A stretch of DNA of 61,912 bases, filler included. It is 6 parts of 6 records of this genome, joined end to end, with 100 filler letters (N's around TTAATTAATTAA, not from the genome) between each part and the next. Parts side by side here need not be neighbours in the genome. Positions count along the whole stretch, not along the records: positions 1 to 7,594 come from SRR31147125_17600; positions 7,695 to 29,425 come from SRR31147125_17643; 4 more parts are not named here. One strand, given 5' to 3'. The number at the start of each line of letters is the position of its first letter. The stretch's first letter is position 1. The position numbers and the translations under genes are program-made. The notes under the pieces are model-generated. The model was not told where the DNA came from. It saw only the letters and a list, made by a program, of their open reading frames with translations, and did no database searches. Below, piece after piece: positions 1 to 10,484 of this stretch.

Positions 1-253
1 ACATAATAAATCTCCTTTTTGATTAAATATCATCACCTTCATACTTTGCGATCCACAATCAATTGATAAAATAAGATTTTTCATAGTCAGCCCCTTTTTT
101 GTAATAATAATAAATTAACAAATTTCCCTTAGCTTTTCAACATTATTAGCTAATATTCCACATTATTCTTGTGCTATTTGGGGTTAGAATGCCTAAAACT
201 TATAAATATATTAAATTTACTGAATAAAAGACGCATACTTTGCTATAATTTAA

Positions 254-282
254 TTGACAAAAGTTATAAAAGATGTTATTTT
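254..282 (+). promoter_or_regulatory. sigma-70/SigA promoter of cold-shock gene
   Basis: TTGACA (254-259), 17-nt spacer, extended -10 TG-n-TATTTT (274-282). It implies a long 5' UTR, as is typical of csp genes. Confidence 0.6.
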
Positions 283-416
283 TAATACGCTTAATATGTA
301 GTAAATAAGTTTCAATGAATACGTTTTTAATTAGATTTTTTAGTTCCATCCTAATTTTTAAATGTTTTGTAATGAATTTAGTATGTTTTAAGGTAAAAAA
401 TTAGGAGGTACTATCA

Positions 417-614
417 ATGACAGGTACAGTTAAATGGTTTAATACAGAAAAAGGTTTCGGATTTATCACAGGTGATGACGGAGTTGATGTTTTTGCACAT
501 TACTCACAAATCAATGCTGACGGTTTCAAAAACCTAGAAGAAGGTCAAAAAGTAAGTTTTGACGTTGTGCAAGGACAAAAAGGTCCTCAAGCAGAAAACA
601 TTCAACCTGCATAA
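417..614 (+). CDS. cspA: Cold-shock protein (CspA family)
   Basis: GTVKWFN, RNP1 KGFGFI, RNP2 VFAHYS, GQKGPQA; AGGAGG RBS. Confidence 0.97.
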   Translation: MTGTVKWFNTEKGFGFITGDDGVDVFAHYSQINADGFKNLEEGQKVSFDVVQGQKGPQAENIQPA

Positions 615-626
615 ACTAAAAAAATT

Positions 627-659
627 AAAAGCTGATTGTTATAACAATCAGCTTTTTTT
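627..659 (+). terminator. Rho-independent terminator
   Basis: Perfect palindrome AAAAGCTGATTGTTATAACAATCAGCTTTT followed by a T tract. Confidence 0.85.
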
Positions 660-843
660 ATTACCTTTTTTTAAGAATTTATTATCCAACCATTGTTAAA
701 TTATTAACTTTTCAAAAACTTCCAATTGATTTATTGAAAAAAAAATATTAATATAATACTATTGTATATGCGATTTATGCAGTATTATAGTTTTTTATGT
801 ATTTCATATGCATAAAAAGGTTTGTGGAGTTATTTAATTATTT

Positions 844-1992
844 ATGTTTAATAAATTGATATATACAATTATAACAGTTGTTATTATATGCCTCTTATTT
901 GTACCTATTACATCTTTGGCACAAGAAGTAAAGTTTGAAGAAGGTACAGTTATTGGTGATAGCATTAATATGAGGCTAAGACCCTCTGTTTCTTCACCTG
1001 CTATTTGCAAGCTAGATCAGGGTACAAGGATAGGTATTTACTGTTTATATGATGATTGGATTAGAGTAATATACGGCAATTATCGTGGCTACATTAAAAG
1101 AGATCTGGTTTTTTTACCATCAGAAGATTCTTATCAAGGGAATGTATTTGGGGATTCCTTACGACTCAGAAAAAATCCGGGTACATATAGCACTGTTCTT
1201 TCAACACTAGAAGTCGGTACTCCTTTAACTATTAATGATATTTATGGAGACTGGTTATATGTTACTGTTAACGAATCTGATGTCTCTGGTTTTGTAAGTA
1301 AAACGCTTGTTAAAAAGAGTGATGAAGAACAAGCCGGCTTTACCTTACTGCCGGGAATGAGCGGTACTCCTGTTTATAATATGCAAAAAGAGCTTAAAAA
1401 GAAAAATTTTTATGCTTTGCCTTGTACTGGCGTTTATGGAGATGCAACAAAAGCTGCTGTAAGAAACTTTCAACGTGTTGCTGGACTTAGAAAAACTGGT
1501 GATGCTGATGCTAGGACTTTGGACTTAATATACAATGATGACTCAATTAAGCTAGAAGGCTCTGCGGCTGCAAAGTCTGGTGGTATTATTTTAAAATCTG
1601 ATTGGTTTGAGACGATACAACATAAATTTGCACTAAAACAATCAGTTAAAGTAATAGATGTGAAAACAGGCAAATCATATAATGTAACTAGATACGGCGG
1701 TGTAAACCACGCTGATGTAACACCTGATACTAGAGAAGATACAGCCATTATGCTTGAAACATATGATGGTGCATGGTCTTGGGACAGACGTGCTGTTTGG
1801 GTCGTTATAAATGGTGTTATGTATGCTGGATCTATGAATGGTATGCCTCATGGAATAGACTATAATAGAAAAGACAATATGCAAGGACAAGTTTGTCTTC
1901 ACTTTGCTGGCTCAAAAGGCCATGGCAATGAAAAATTAGACGATATCCACCAAGCAATGATAGATTATGCTTATGAAAAAGCAAGAGACTAA
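844..1992 (+). CDS. Secreted protein: 2x SH3b + peptidoglycan-binding domain + His/Cys C-terminal domain
   Basis: Signal peptide; SH3b motifs (NMRLRPS..W..V..GYI; LRKNPG..W..V..GFVS); PG-binding motif (G.SG..V..MQ..L, GVYGDATKAAVRNFQ...GL..TG.AD..T). Confidence 0.85.
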   Translation: MFNKLIYTIITVVIICLLFVPITSLAQEVKFEEGTVIGDSINMRLRPSVSSPAICKLDQGTRIGIYCLYDDWIRVIYGNYRGYIKRDLVFLPSEDSYQGNVFGDSLRLRKNPGTYSTVLSTLEVGTPLTINDIYGDWLYVTVNESDVSGFVSKTLVKKSDEEQAGFTLLPGMSGTPVYNMQKELKKKNFYALPCTGVYGDATKAAVRNFQRVAGLRKTGDADARTLDLIYNDDSIKLEGSAAAKSGGIILKSDWFETIQHKFALKQSVKVIDVKTGKSYNVTRYGGVNHADVTPDTREDTAIMLETYDGAWSWDRRAVWVVINGVMYAGSMNGMPHGIDYNRKDNMQGQVCLHFAGSKGHGNEKLDDIHQAMIDYAYEKARD

Positions 1993-2024
1993 GTTTTTTT
2001 CAAATAAAAGGACGGTTACAATTA

Positions 2025-3308
2025 ATGAAACAAATGAGAAATTATTTTAATAAATATGGCACATTAACACTTGCCATTATACTGGTTTTTAGCCTTTTTA
2101 TTATATTGGCGCCAACCAAAGCAAGTGCAGGACTTTTAGATTTTACTGATGCACTTGCAGTAGGTAATGATATCAACATATATATTCGCCCAACAGATGA
2201 CTCTGGCATTTTAAAGGAATTACAACCTGGTAGCAGACTGGGTATTTATACCGAAGATTCACCTGGTTGGTACCGTGTTATATATGGAAATTATCGTGGT
2301 TACATGAAACGTGAAAATATATTTATGCCAGGAACAGACGCGACTTATGGCACGGTTATTGCTGATACCTCAATTAAGTCGCAACCATCGTACGGGAGTG
2401 ATTCTGTCGATACATTAGCGACTGGTATTCCTGTTAAAATAACAAATATGATTGGTGATTGGTACAAAGTAGAAACCGAGCCATCTGGTGAAGTTATCAC
2501 TACAGGGTATTTAAAAAAGCAAAGCATTATTCAAACAGATTCATCCGATTTCGAGATGATGTTAACAAGAGGAATGAGCGGTGAAAGTGTTGTTGATTTA
2601 CACACAAAACTTTTCGAGCGTGGCTTTTATGGTTATATTAACTATTACAGAGATACAAACGATAAAGATAACGACGGAGATAAAACTGAGATAATTAAAA
2701 TTATTGATGAGTATAATGCTGAAACAGAAATTAGTGTAAAGTGTTTTCAATACAAAGCTGGTTTAAGAATAACTGGAATCGCCGATGCAGAAACTTTGGA
2801 TAAATTGTATTCTGACGAGGATATACACTCTATAGCTCAAGATAGAGGTGTTCCAGATTCAGTTAGGAATTCGAGATGGTGGGAATGTGTTATTTATGAA
2901 TTTGCACGTGGATCCACTGCTAAAATATATGATATAGGAACACGACAAACATATAATGTTCAAAGATATTCTGGCACAAACCATGCCGACGTTGAGACCC
3001 TTACTCCAGAGGATACAGCCATTTTAAAATCTACAAATGGCGGAAAGTGGAGTTGGGACAGGCATCCTGTTTGGGTTATTACTGGAGGAGCAGCTTATGC
3101 CGCTTCTATGAACTGTATGCCCCATTCACCTAGCAACTCTGGCATAAAAAATAATGGCATGAGCGGTCAAGTTTGTTGTCATTTTAAAGATTCGTATAAC
3201 CATAACAAAAATGCTGAAGATCCTGAGCATTCTAGCAATGTTAAAGATGCTTACTTTTCATCTATAAATTATTACGAAATGCTAAAGGCGCTTAAAAGAC
3301 AAAATTAA
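2025..3308 (+). CDS. Paralogue of the upstream SH3b/PG-binding protein
   Basis: Same architecture; shared motifs RVIYGNYRGY, NHADV, DTAI, WSWDR, SMN.MPH, GQVC.HF. Confidence 0.85.
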   Translation: MKQMRNYFNKYGTLTLAIILVFSLFIILAPTKASAGLLDFTDALAVGNDINIYIRPTDDSGILKELQPGSRLGIYTEDSPGWYRVIYGNYRGYMKRENIFMPGTDATYGTVIADTSIKSQPSYGSDSVDTLATGIPVKITNMIGDWYKVETEPSGEVITTGYLKKQSIIQTDSSDFEMMLTRGMSGESVVDLHTKLFERGFYGYINYYRDTNDKDNDGDKTEIIKIIDEYNAETEISVKCFQYKAGLRITGIADAETLDKLYSDEDIHSIAQDRGVPDSVRNSRWWECVIYEFARGSTAKIYDIGTRQTYNVQRYSGTNHADVETLTPEDTAILKSTNGGKWSWDRHPVWVITGGAAYAASMNCMPHSPSNSGIKNNGMSGQVCCHFKDSYNHNKNAEDPEHSSNVKDAYFSSINYYEMLKALKRQN

Positions 3309-3319
3309 ATTCTTGTTTT

Positions 3320-3350
3320 CAAAACAGATATCAAGTAGATATCTGTTTTG
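3320..3350 (+). terminator. Terminator-like hairpin
   Basis: CAAAACAGATATC-aagta-GATATCTGTTTTG directly after the stop codon. Confidence 0.7.
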
Positions 3351-3510
3351 TTAAGAATAAATATTTTCAATATAAGCATAAATATATTATATAAAATCGG
3401 GGAATAGAGATTCTAAACATAAACAATATGGAATATTCTATACCCTGCTATCAAAATCAAAGTTCCACACCACTATTTTGTGATTTACAAACGAAAGGAT
3501 AATCATAAAC

Positions 3511-4664
3511 ATGACAAAAAAACGCAATGTTTTTATAGCAATAGTCGTTACATTTATCATAACCATAGCTTTGGTATACGCTTTTATCTCTTTTACCGGA
3601 TTTAAAAATTTATTATTCCCATCAGAAAGTACGGATGTTTCAAATAATGTTGAATCAGCTACTAAAATAATCGATTCGATGTTCTATAAAAGTGTAGAAT
3701 CGGAGGAACTAACTACAGCTGCAATAGATGGAATGGTTATGGCACTTGAAGACCCATACTCAGAATACTATGATGCAGAAGACTGGGAACTCTTTTTAGA
3801 AGATCAAAAGGGTGAATATACTGGAATTGGGGTTCAGGTTAACTACGACGAAGAGAATAAAGGTGTTTTAATAAACAAAATTTTTGAAGGTTCTGGTGCT
3901 GATGATGTCGATATTGCTGTAGGTGATATTATCATTGGTGCTTACGGCGAATCATTTGAAGAATATACTTATGAGGACATCGTAAATACCATTAGAGGCG
4001 AGGTAGATACTGTAATTGAGATCGAAGTTAAGCGTGGCGAAGAAATACTTTTTTTGAAGTTGTAAGGAAAGTCGTAATAAGTGATCAAGGTGAATTCGAA
4101 ATGATTGAAAATGATATAGGATTGTTAACCCTTTATTCATTTAGCGGTAATTCTGAAAGTATATTCTTTGAAGCATTTGATTTTTTTGAAGAAAATAAGT
4201 GCAGTAAAGTTATTGTTGATCTTAGAAACAATCCTGGTGGCGATTTAAAGATTGTTACAAGCATGTTAGACGCTCTTTTACCCGAAGGCAAGCTAATCAA
4301 TATTAAAGATAAGCAAGGAAACGAAGAATATATTTCTTCAGATAGTGAATATATCGATTGTGAACTCGTAATTTTGACAAATGGGAACAGCGCAAGTGCT
4401 TCTGAGCTATTTTCAGTTGCGATCCAAGATTATGAACGCGGCGTCACAGTTGGCGAAACAACATTTGGTAAAGGGCTTGTTCAAAGTATTATACCTATGG
4501 ACGGAGGAACTGGAATAAGGCTTACAACAGCTGAGTATTTTTCTCCTAATGGCAGAAGCATTAATGAAATTGGTGTTTATCCTGATCATTATATTACCGA
4601 CGAAGATATTTTTGATGAAGATGATTCTCAAATGGATTTTGCAATTGAATTATTATCTGAATAA
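3511..4664 (+). CDS. S41 family carboxy-terminal processing protease (PDZ + peptidase), split by a 1-nt frameshift at the T7 run 4049-4055
   Basis: L.DPYS.Y, GIGV PDZ motif, DLRNNPGG, SASASE, TFGKG, YFSPNG. Adding one T joins ORFs 3511-4065 and 4101-4664 (ILFFEVVRKVVISDQGEFEM). Confidence 0.92.
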
Positions 4665-4684
4665 TCACTTGACGGCAGCAAACC

Positions 4685-4722
4685 AAAAAAAGAACTTGCA
4701 ATTGCTTATGCAAGTTCTTTTT
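4685..4722. terminator. Bidirectional terminator
   Basis: A7-GAACTTGCA-loop-TGCAAGTTC-T5 between convergent genes. Confidence 0.8.
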
Positions 4723-4757
4723 ATTACTATTTATCCAAATAGCATATTTGCATATCT

Positions 4758-5063
4758 TTAATCAAAAACTAATATATTAATAACCAAAAATCCGTATCCC
4801 ACCTCTAAAACACCTTGTTTGTTTTTAAGCTTCGCGTTAAACGGCAAATTTGCAGCATTTACGCATCGTTCATAGCAGCCCAATACAATTTCATCAACTA
4901 TGCCAATTTACGCATTGTTGCCACTGTTTGCTCCGCCTGCAATTATCACGAAGGTTATCATACTGTTATTTTCAAAATCTACACTTAATATTGAATTTTA
5001 AAGACTATCCATAATATTGTCGACAACACTTATACTATCAACCTCTTTTATGTATGTTATCAT
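4758..5063 (-). pseudogene. Possible degraded amidohydrolase-like remnant
   Basis: One frame from ATG 5063 with two internal TAA stops. The end (NAANL..KLKNKQGVLEVGYG...ILVFD) resembles the amidohydrolase C-terminal NPA..LG...KG.LE.G.DAD...D motif. Confidence 0.3.
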
Positions 5064-5069
5064 TTTTTC

Positions 5070-6116
5070 TTATTTAAATAGCTTTGCTATATTCTCTTTA
5101 AACGGAGGATAAACAACACCTTTTTCAGTTATTATTGCAGTAATATACTTGGCATCCGTAACATCAAAAGCAGGATTATAAACCTTTACACCTTCTGGAG
5201 CTGTTCTTCTTCCAAAACCATTTGTTATTTCTTGTTTGTCTCTAAGTTCAATTTCAATATCATCTCCAGTTTCGGTTGATAAATCTATTGTAGATGTTGG
5301 ACCTAAAATATACATTGGTATGCCATATTCTTTTGCAAGTATTGCAACACCAGATGTTCCAATTTTGTTTGCAGTATCACCGTTAGCAGCCACTCTATCA
5401 CAGCCAACTAAAACCGCATCTATCATGCCTTGCTTCATCACTATAGATGCCATACTATCACAAATAACACTAACATCTATATCCGCTTTTAATAGTTCAT
5501 AAGCAGTAAGTCTTGCACCCTGCAACAAAGGTCTAGATTCATCCGCAAAAACTTTGAAATTATAATCTTTTTCATCTCCAAGGTATATTGGAGCAAGTGC
5601 AGTACCATATCCAGATGTAGCGAGTCCACCAGCATTACAATGCGTAAGTATACCCATATTAGGTTTTAACAAAGAAAGCCCATGCCTGCCAATTGCCATA
5701 GACATCTCCTGATCTTCTTTTAATATTAGCTCACTTTCCGATAAAAGAACCTCAATCACTTTATCACATGATTGATGTGTATTAGCATCAAATACTTCTT
5801 TCATTCTATTAAGTGCCCAAAAAAGGTTCACCGCAGTTGGTCTACTTGTAGCAAGGTATTCAATATCTCTGTAAAAATCATTTTTTAATGCTTCGATTGT
5901 AGAAGCTTTAGAATGCTTTGCACTTAAATAAGCACCAAAACCAGCAGCGCAACCTATAGCCGGCGCTCCTCTAACTCTTAAGAGTTTTATAGCTTCCCAT
6001 ATATCTTCCATTTTATAGATTTCTAAAAAGACTTCTTCATTAGGTAGTAGTGTTTGATCAATCAATACAAGTTTATCTTTTGCTTGATTTAAATGTGCTG
6101 GTATAATCGTCTTCAT
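5070..6116 (-). CDS. mtnA: S-methyl-5-thioribose-1-phosphate isomerase
   Basis: DQTLLP, VRGAPAIG, SRPTAVNL, LTHCNAGGLAT, ESRPLLQGARLT, NKIGT, NPAFDVT. Confidence 0.95.
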   Translation of the reverse strand: MKTIIPAHLNQAKDKLVLIDQTLLPNEEVFLEIYKMEDIWEAIKLLRVRGAPAIGCAAGFGAYLSAKHSKASTIEALKNDFYRDIEYLATSRPTAVNLFWALNRMKEVFDANTHQSCDKVIEVLLSESELILKEDQEMSMAIGRHGLSLLKPNMGILTHCNAGGLATSGYGTALAPIYLGDEKDYNFKVFADESRPLLQGARLTAYELLKADIDVSVICDSMASIVMKQGMIDAVLVGCDRVAANGDTANKIGTSGVAILAKEYGIPMYILGPTSTIDLSTETGDDIEIELRDKQEITNGFGRRTAPEGVKVYNPAFDVTDAKYITAIITEKGVVYPPFKENIAKLFK

Positions 6117-6332
6117 TTTTTTCTCCCATTGATATTAATATCTTTATTTTAACATAATTGATTATTCTTGCAATAGGTTGTATATTAAATAAAATTAAAA
6201 AAATAAATATAAAATACCATTGATAAAAGTATAGTGTTTATGTTATTATTTTTTCTGGCTTATATAACGTAATTTATATATTAAATATTTTTTACGAAAA
6301 TAATAAAAAAGCTATGCTGAGAGGAAATTTTT

Positions 6333-6899
6333 ATGAACAATACAAACCCAATTGTAGCTGTTGTCGGTATGCCGGGTGCGGGAAAAAGCGAAATGACCAC
6401 ACACCTTGTGAATCAAGGCTGGAAAAGCATATACTTTGGCAGTGTCACACTAAAAGAGCTTGATGAGCTTGGATTAGAATACACACCAGAAAACGAAAAA
6501 TCAGTTCGAGAACAATTAAGATCTGAATTAGGACAAGACGCCTATGCAAAAAAACTATATGAAGATATTTTGTCCAAATCGAAAAATAGCCCAGTTGTTT
6601 TAGATGGACTTTATTCTTGGTCTGAATATAAGTATCTTTATGATAAATTGGGACAACAGATTTATCTTGTATCAATAGTCTGCAACAGTAGCATTAGATA
6701 CGACAGACTAAAAAACAGAGAAATTAGACCTTTGGATAAAGCTGAAGCTAGAGGCAGGGATATTGCCGAAATTGAAAACATAGAAAAAGGCGGACCTATA
6801 GCTTTTGGTGATTATTTTGTTTTAAACAACAAATGCGTAGAAGATCTTTATTTACAGTGCGAAAAGATTATGAAAGATATTTTAAGCAATCATAAATAG
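6333..6899 (+). CDS. P-loop nucleotide/dephospho-CoA-kinase-like protein (UPF0200-like)
   Basis: Walker A GMPGAGKS, DG.YSW.E, R..RL..R, KGGPIA. Confidence 0.75.
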   Translation: MNNTNPIVAVVGMPGAGKSEMTTHLVNQGWKSIYFGSVTLKELDELGLEYTPENEKSVREQLRSELGQDAYAKKLYEDILSKSKNSPVVLDGLYSWSEYKYLYDKLGQQIYLVSIVCNSSIRYDRLKNREIRPLDKAEARGRDIAEIENIEKGGPIAFGDYFVLNNKCVEDLYLQCEKIMKDILSNHK

Positions 6900-6916
6900 A
6901 ATGGTTAAGCACATGA

Positions 6917-6945
6917 AAAAACAGCACTACCTACAGTGCTGTTTT
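6917..6945. terminator. Bidirectional terminator
   Basis: AAAACAGCACT-acctac-AGTGCTGTTTT between convergent genes. Confidence 0.7.
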
Positions 6946-6969
6946 AATATATCGACTTTTTTCGCTAAT

Positions 6970-7461
6970 TTATTTGATACTTGTTTTTTCGCTTTTTATA
7001 ACTAAAAAGTATGAATCAGCATTATAAAGCAGATCATCTGTTTCAATGTTTTCAAAATTACCACCATATGATTCTATAACATCGCTAGGCTGTTTACCAT
7101 AGCTATCAACTGTCATAACTACAAAGCCATAAATATCACTACCCCAATCTGGTTGAATCGTGAATTGCGCACTTAAATTATCGCCTGCTTTTACTATTAC
7201 CTTTTCTGCTAATGTTTTACCATTTGTAGCATTAACAGTAAGTGCAACTTTTGCATTATCCATAATATTTGCATCACTTGAAACTACCACAGTACTCTCG
7301 TTCACTTCAACTGTACATGTTCCAGTGATTTTTTGCATTTGCGCTCCATTTGCAGCACCAGCTGGAGGTGTAATCTCTTTACCACCACTACAGCTTGTAA
7401 GCATTGCAACAAGCAAGATAGTAATAACAGTTAGTAATAACTGCTTTTTAATCGTTTTCAT
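6970..7461 (-). CDS. Hypothetical lipoprotein
   Basis: Basic N-terminus, hydrophobic stretch, lipobox LTSC; AGGAG RBS. Confidence 0.8.
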   Translation of the reverse strand: MKTIKKQLLLTVITILLVAMLTSCSGGKEITPPAGAANGAQMQKITGTCTVEVNESTVVVSSDANIMDNAKVALTVNATNGKTLAEKVIVKAGDNLSAQFTIQPDWGSDIYGFVVMTVDSYGKQPSDVIESYGGNFENIETDDLLYNADSYFLVIKSEKTSIK

Positions 7462-7594
7462 AAATGTTGTCTCCTAATCTACTTTAAAAAATAATACAAA
7501 ACCAATATAAATAATAGCTTAAAATTCAATTAAACTATAACAAATCTAAGGCATGCTAACCATCATTATATCCGAAATGCATATACATGTAAAG

Positions 7595-7694
7595 NNNNNN
7601 NNNNNNNNNNNNNNNNNNNNNNNNNNNNNNNNNNNNNNTTAATTAATTAANNNNNNNNNNNNNNNNNNNNNNNNNNNNNNNNNNNNNNNNNNNN
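7595..7694. other. Artificial contig spacer
   Basis: N44-TTAATTAATTAA-N44, with stops in all six frames. Confidence 0.99.
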
Positions 7695-9869
7695 ATCATC
7701 GATATTATTATTTAAATTTCCTCTTAGCATCACACCTGAATATTGTGTTGCTCCATTACCCTGGCGTTTAGCAGAATCTGTCAATCTTCCATCAAATTGA
7801 CCGTTAATATAGCAATCAAAATGATGACCACTCTCGTCTGTACTCAAGATAACAATAAATTCATCATCAGAATTTGGAGCAGATAAGATTCCGGGTAAGG
7901 ACATAACACTTAAACCAGGGGCACCGTTTTCTATTGTCCAGAGATCCAGGTTATTATTAGTAGTGTGTCGCCACACCAAATACCCGCTGGCATTAACCGA
8001 TGCATCATCTAACATCAGAGCAAGGCCACCGGAATTAATTCCATCTGCATCTGCGTTTTGTCCCCACTTGATGGAAGCCTGAGCCGTTTGCATGGGTGCC
8101 TTGTAGACAGCCATAAAATTCCAGGAGGAAGTGGAAGACGTATTTGAAAGCTCATTACTAACAATCTGAAAGGCGGGATCAGCTACCCAATCTGATCCCA
8201 GGCTACTCCGGTTAAAATTATCAGTAAACACACCTTCCGCAAACGTCGTTGTCACAACAACATTTGATATTTGTGATATATTAGCGGCATCATCCAATGT
8301 TTTCACAGCAAAATAATAGGTTGTGCTTGATTGTAATCCCTGAGCAATAAAAATCTCTTGTGTTCCAGGATCTGAGGGTGAAGGAGTACCCGTTAGTCTA
8401 GTTGCATCAAGAAAATTGGAAGCTGTAATAGGACTCGTGGAATAACGAATATCATAGCTCGAAGCTATGCCTTCCATTCCATCATCACCAGAGGCACTCC
8501 ATAGCAATTCCACTGAGGTAGATGTTTTCGTACCAATATCAAGATCTGTTATTGTAGCAGGCGGCACCTGATCGCTTCCTGGATCGCTGCTCATTCCAAA
8601 ATTATCCACATTGTTATTTAAATTTGCATTAAGCATTACTCCGGCATATAACGTAGATCCATTACCCTGCAATTTATTCTCATCAACTACGGTACCATCA
8701 TACTCGCCATTGATATAACAATCAAAACGATTTGCATTATCATCCGACCTCACCACAACAGTAAAAATGTCACCAGGACCTGGTGAAGATAATCTACCAC
8801 TGATTGATTGAATTGATTGCCCGGCAACACCATTTTCAATGGTCCAAATATCAATTTTATCCGTGGAAGTATGTCTCCAAACCAGGTAACCATTCGCATT
8901 AGTAGAGGGACTATCAAGCATTAAAGCAAGGCCACCTGCATTTATGCCATTGGCATCGGCACTCGCCCCCCATGTCAAAGAAATTTGTGTTGGATTTTGC
9001 TGCTCATTATAGACAGCCAGATGTCTCCAACTTCCACTTGTTGCGGTGTTTGCAAGCTCATTATTAACAATTCCATATTCAGAATCAGCAACCCAGGCAG
9101 ATCCCAATTCGCTCCTGTTAAATTCATCGACAATGTTTATCGGACGCAAATAGTTCATGGCATCAACCAGGACCTCGTAATATTTTTGTGCAATAATATT
9201 GTAACCAATATCATTGGGATGTAAATAATCCCACATATAATCGGCTTCCCAATCCGAATTAGCTTTAAAAACTTCATTTTGACCGACATAATGAATATTG
9301 ATACCGTCAGCCCGTTTATTTTCTACCAAAGTCCAAATCAAATCATTTAATTCAGTATTATGAACATCTTTCGAATCTGATCTGGGAATCAGACTACTAA
9401 GCAAAATAATACTGGAACTATTAGAAGAATGTATTTTATCGACGATACTTGTAATGTCAGTGATAATAGCTGATGGAGTCCTGTTTTGTGATATATCATT
9501 CGTTCCAATATGCAATAAGACAATATCCGGATTTGATGAACCAAGATAACTATTTACACCACTATTTATCTCACTTGAAGTTTGGCCAGGATGTCCTTCA
9601 TGATACCCGGCACCATCGCTTTGCGAACCAACAAAATTAAAATTTATACCTCCGCTCGTTAACATAACAGCCAGGTCATCACGGTATCCACCATCTGTCG
9701 TTGATCCCACACCTTTGGTAATGGAATTGCCAAGTGGCATTATTTTATATTGCGCAAAGACCGATTGAATGGAAAAAAATAAGGCAAAAAGAATTACCCC
9801 TGCCAGTATAAATTTTGAATTTGATCGATACACCTTGAAATTCACCACAGCAACACTCCTATTTAGCAT
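7695..9869 (-). CDS. Large secreted protein: SGNH/GDSL hydrolase + repeated beta-rich domain + FN3 (3' end truncated by contig edge)
   Basis: SGNH blocks PLGNSIT, HEGHPG, HIGTND, DYLHPN; FN3 motifs (W.ASGDDG..YDIRYS, GL..STTYYFAVK); two ~178-aa repeats. Confidence 0.85.
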
Positions 9870-9979
9870 CTCTTGTAGATTTTATTACACCTTAAATTAT
9901 TTAAATAATTTAACCAACTTTATAAATTAATTTCGTATTTCGAAAAACAACATCAAACAGGACACATTGATTGATTGGT

Positions 9980-9995
9980 AGCAAAAATTGAACCA
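9980..9995 (-). promoter_or_regulatory. Candidate sigma-54 (-24/-12) promoter
   Basis: Minus strand reads TGGTTCAATTTTTGCT (GG-N10-GC), about 110 nt upstream of the SGNH gene. Confidence 0.5.
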
Positions 9996-10484
9996 TATCC
10001 AATTACATTGCTAAGTAACTGTATTTTTTACAACAGCTTAATAAATAAACAAATCCTTGAATAACAAAAATGTCTCCCTAAAGTATTATTTAATGCTGTC
10101 AGCTTTTGAAACAGTTTCTCAACATAAAACATCTCTGAGATAATAATGAAAGGCTATTATAATTCGCAACGATGTGATAGAGGTGATCCAGCATTGTCAA
10201 AAACAAAAAACATTCAAACTCATTTAAAAGTCCCTTCGCATCCTTGCTTTTAATGTGACATTAAAATCAGATTAAATGCTTCATTCTTCCCCCATATTGC
10301 AAATTCACACCCATAATAGTTATTCTCAAATAAGAACTCAGGAAGGAATAAATGACCGGGGGAAAAACCTGCTCTGTGGTTAGCCTTAACCCTTTGAAGG
10401 ATTCTCAATAATAAATATAATAAAACTCTGGCACATTTCCACTAAAAAAAACAGACCTTTAACTTACTGACCCCCAGGTGCTTA

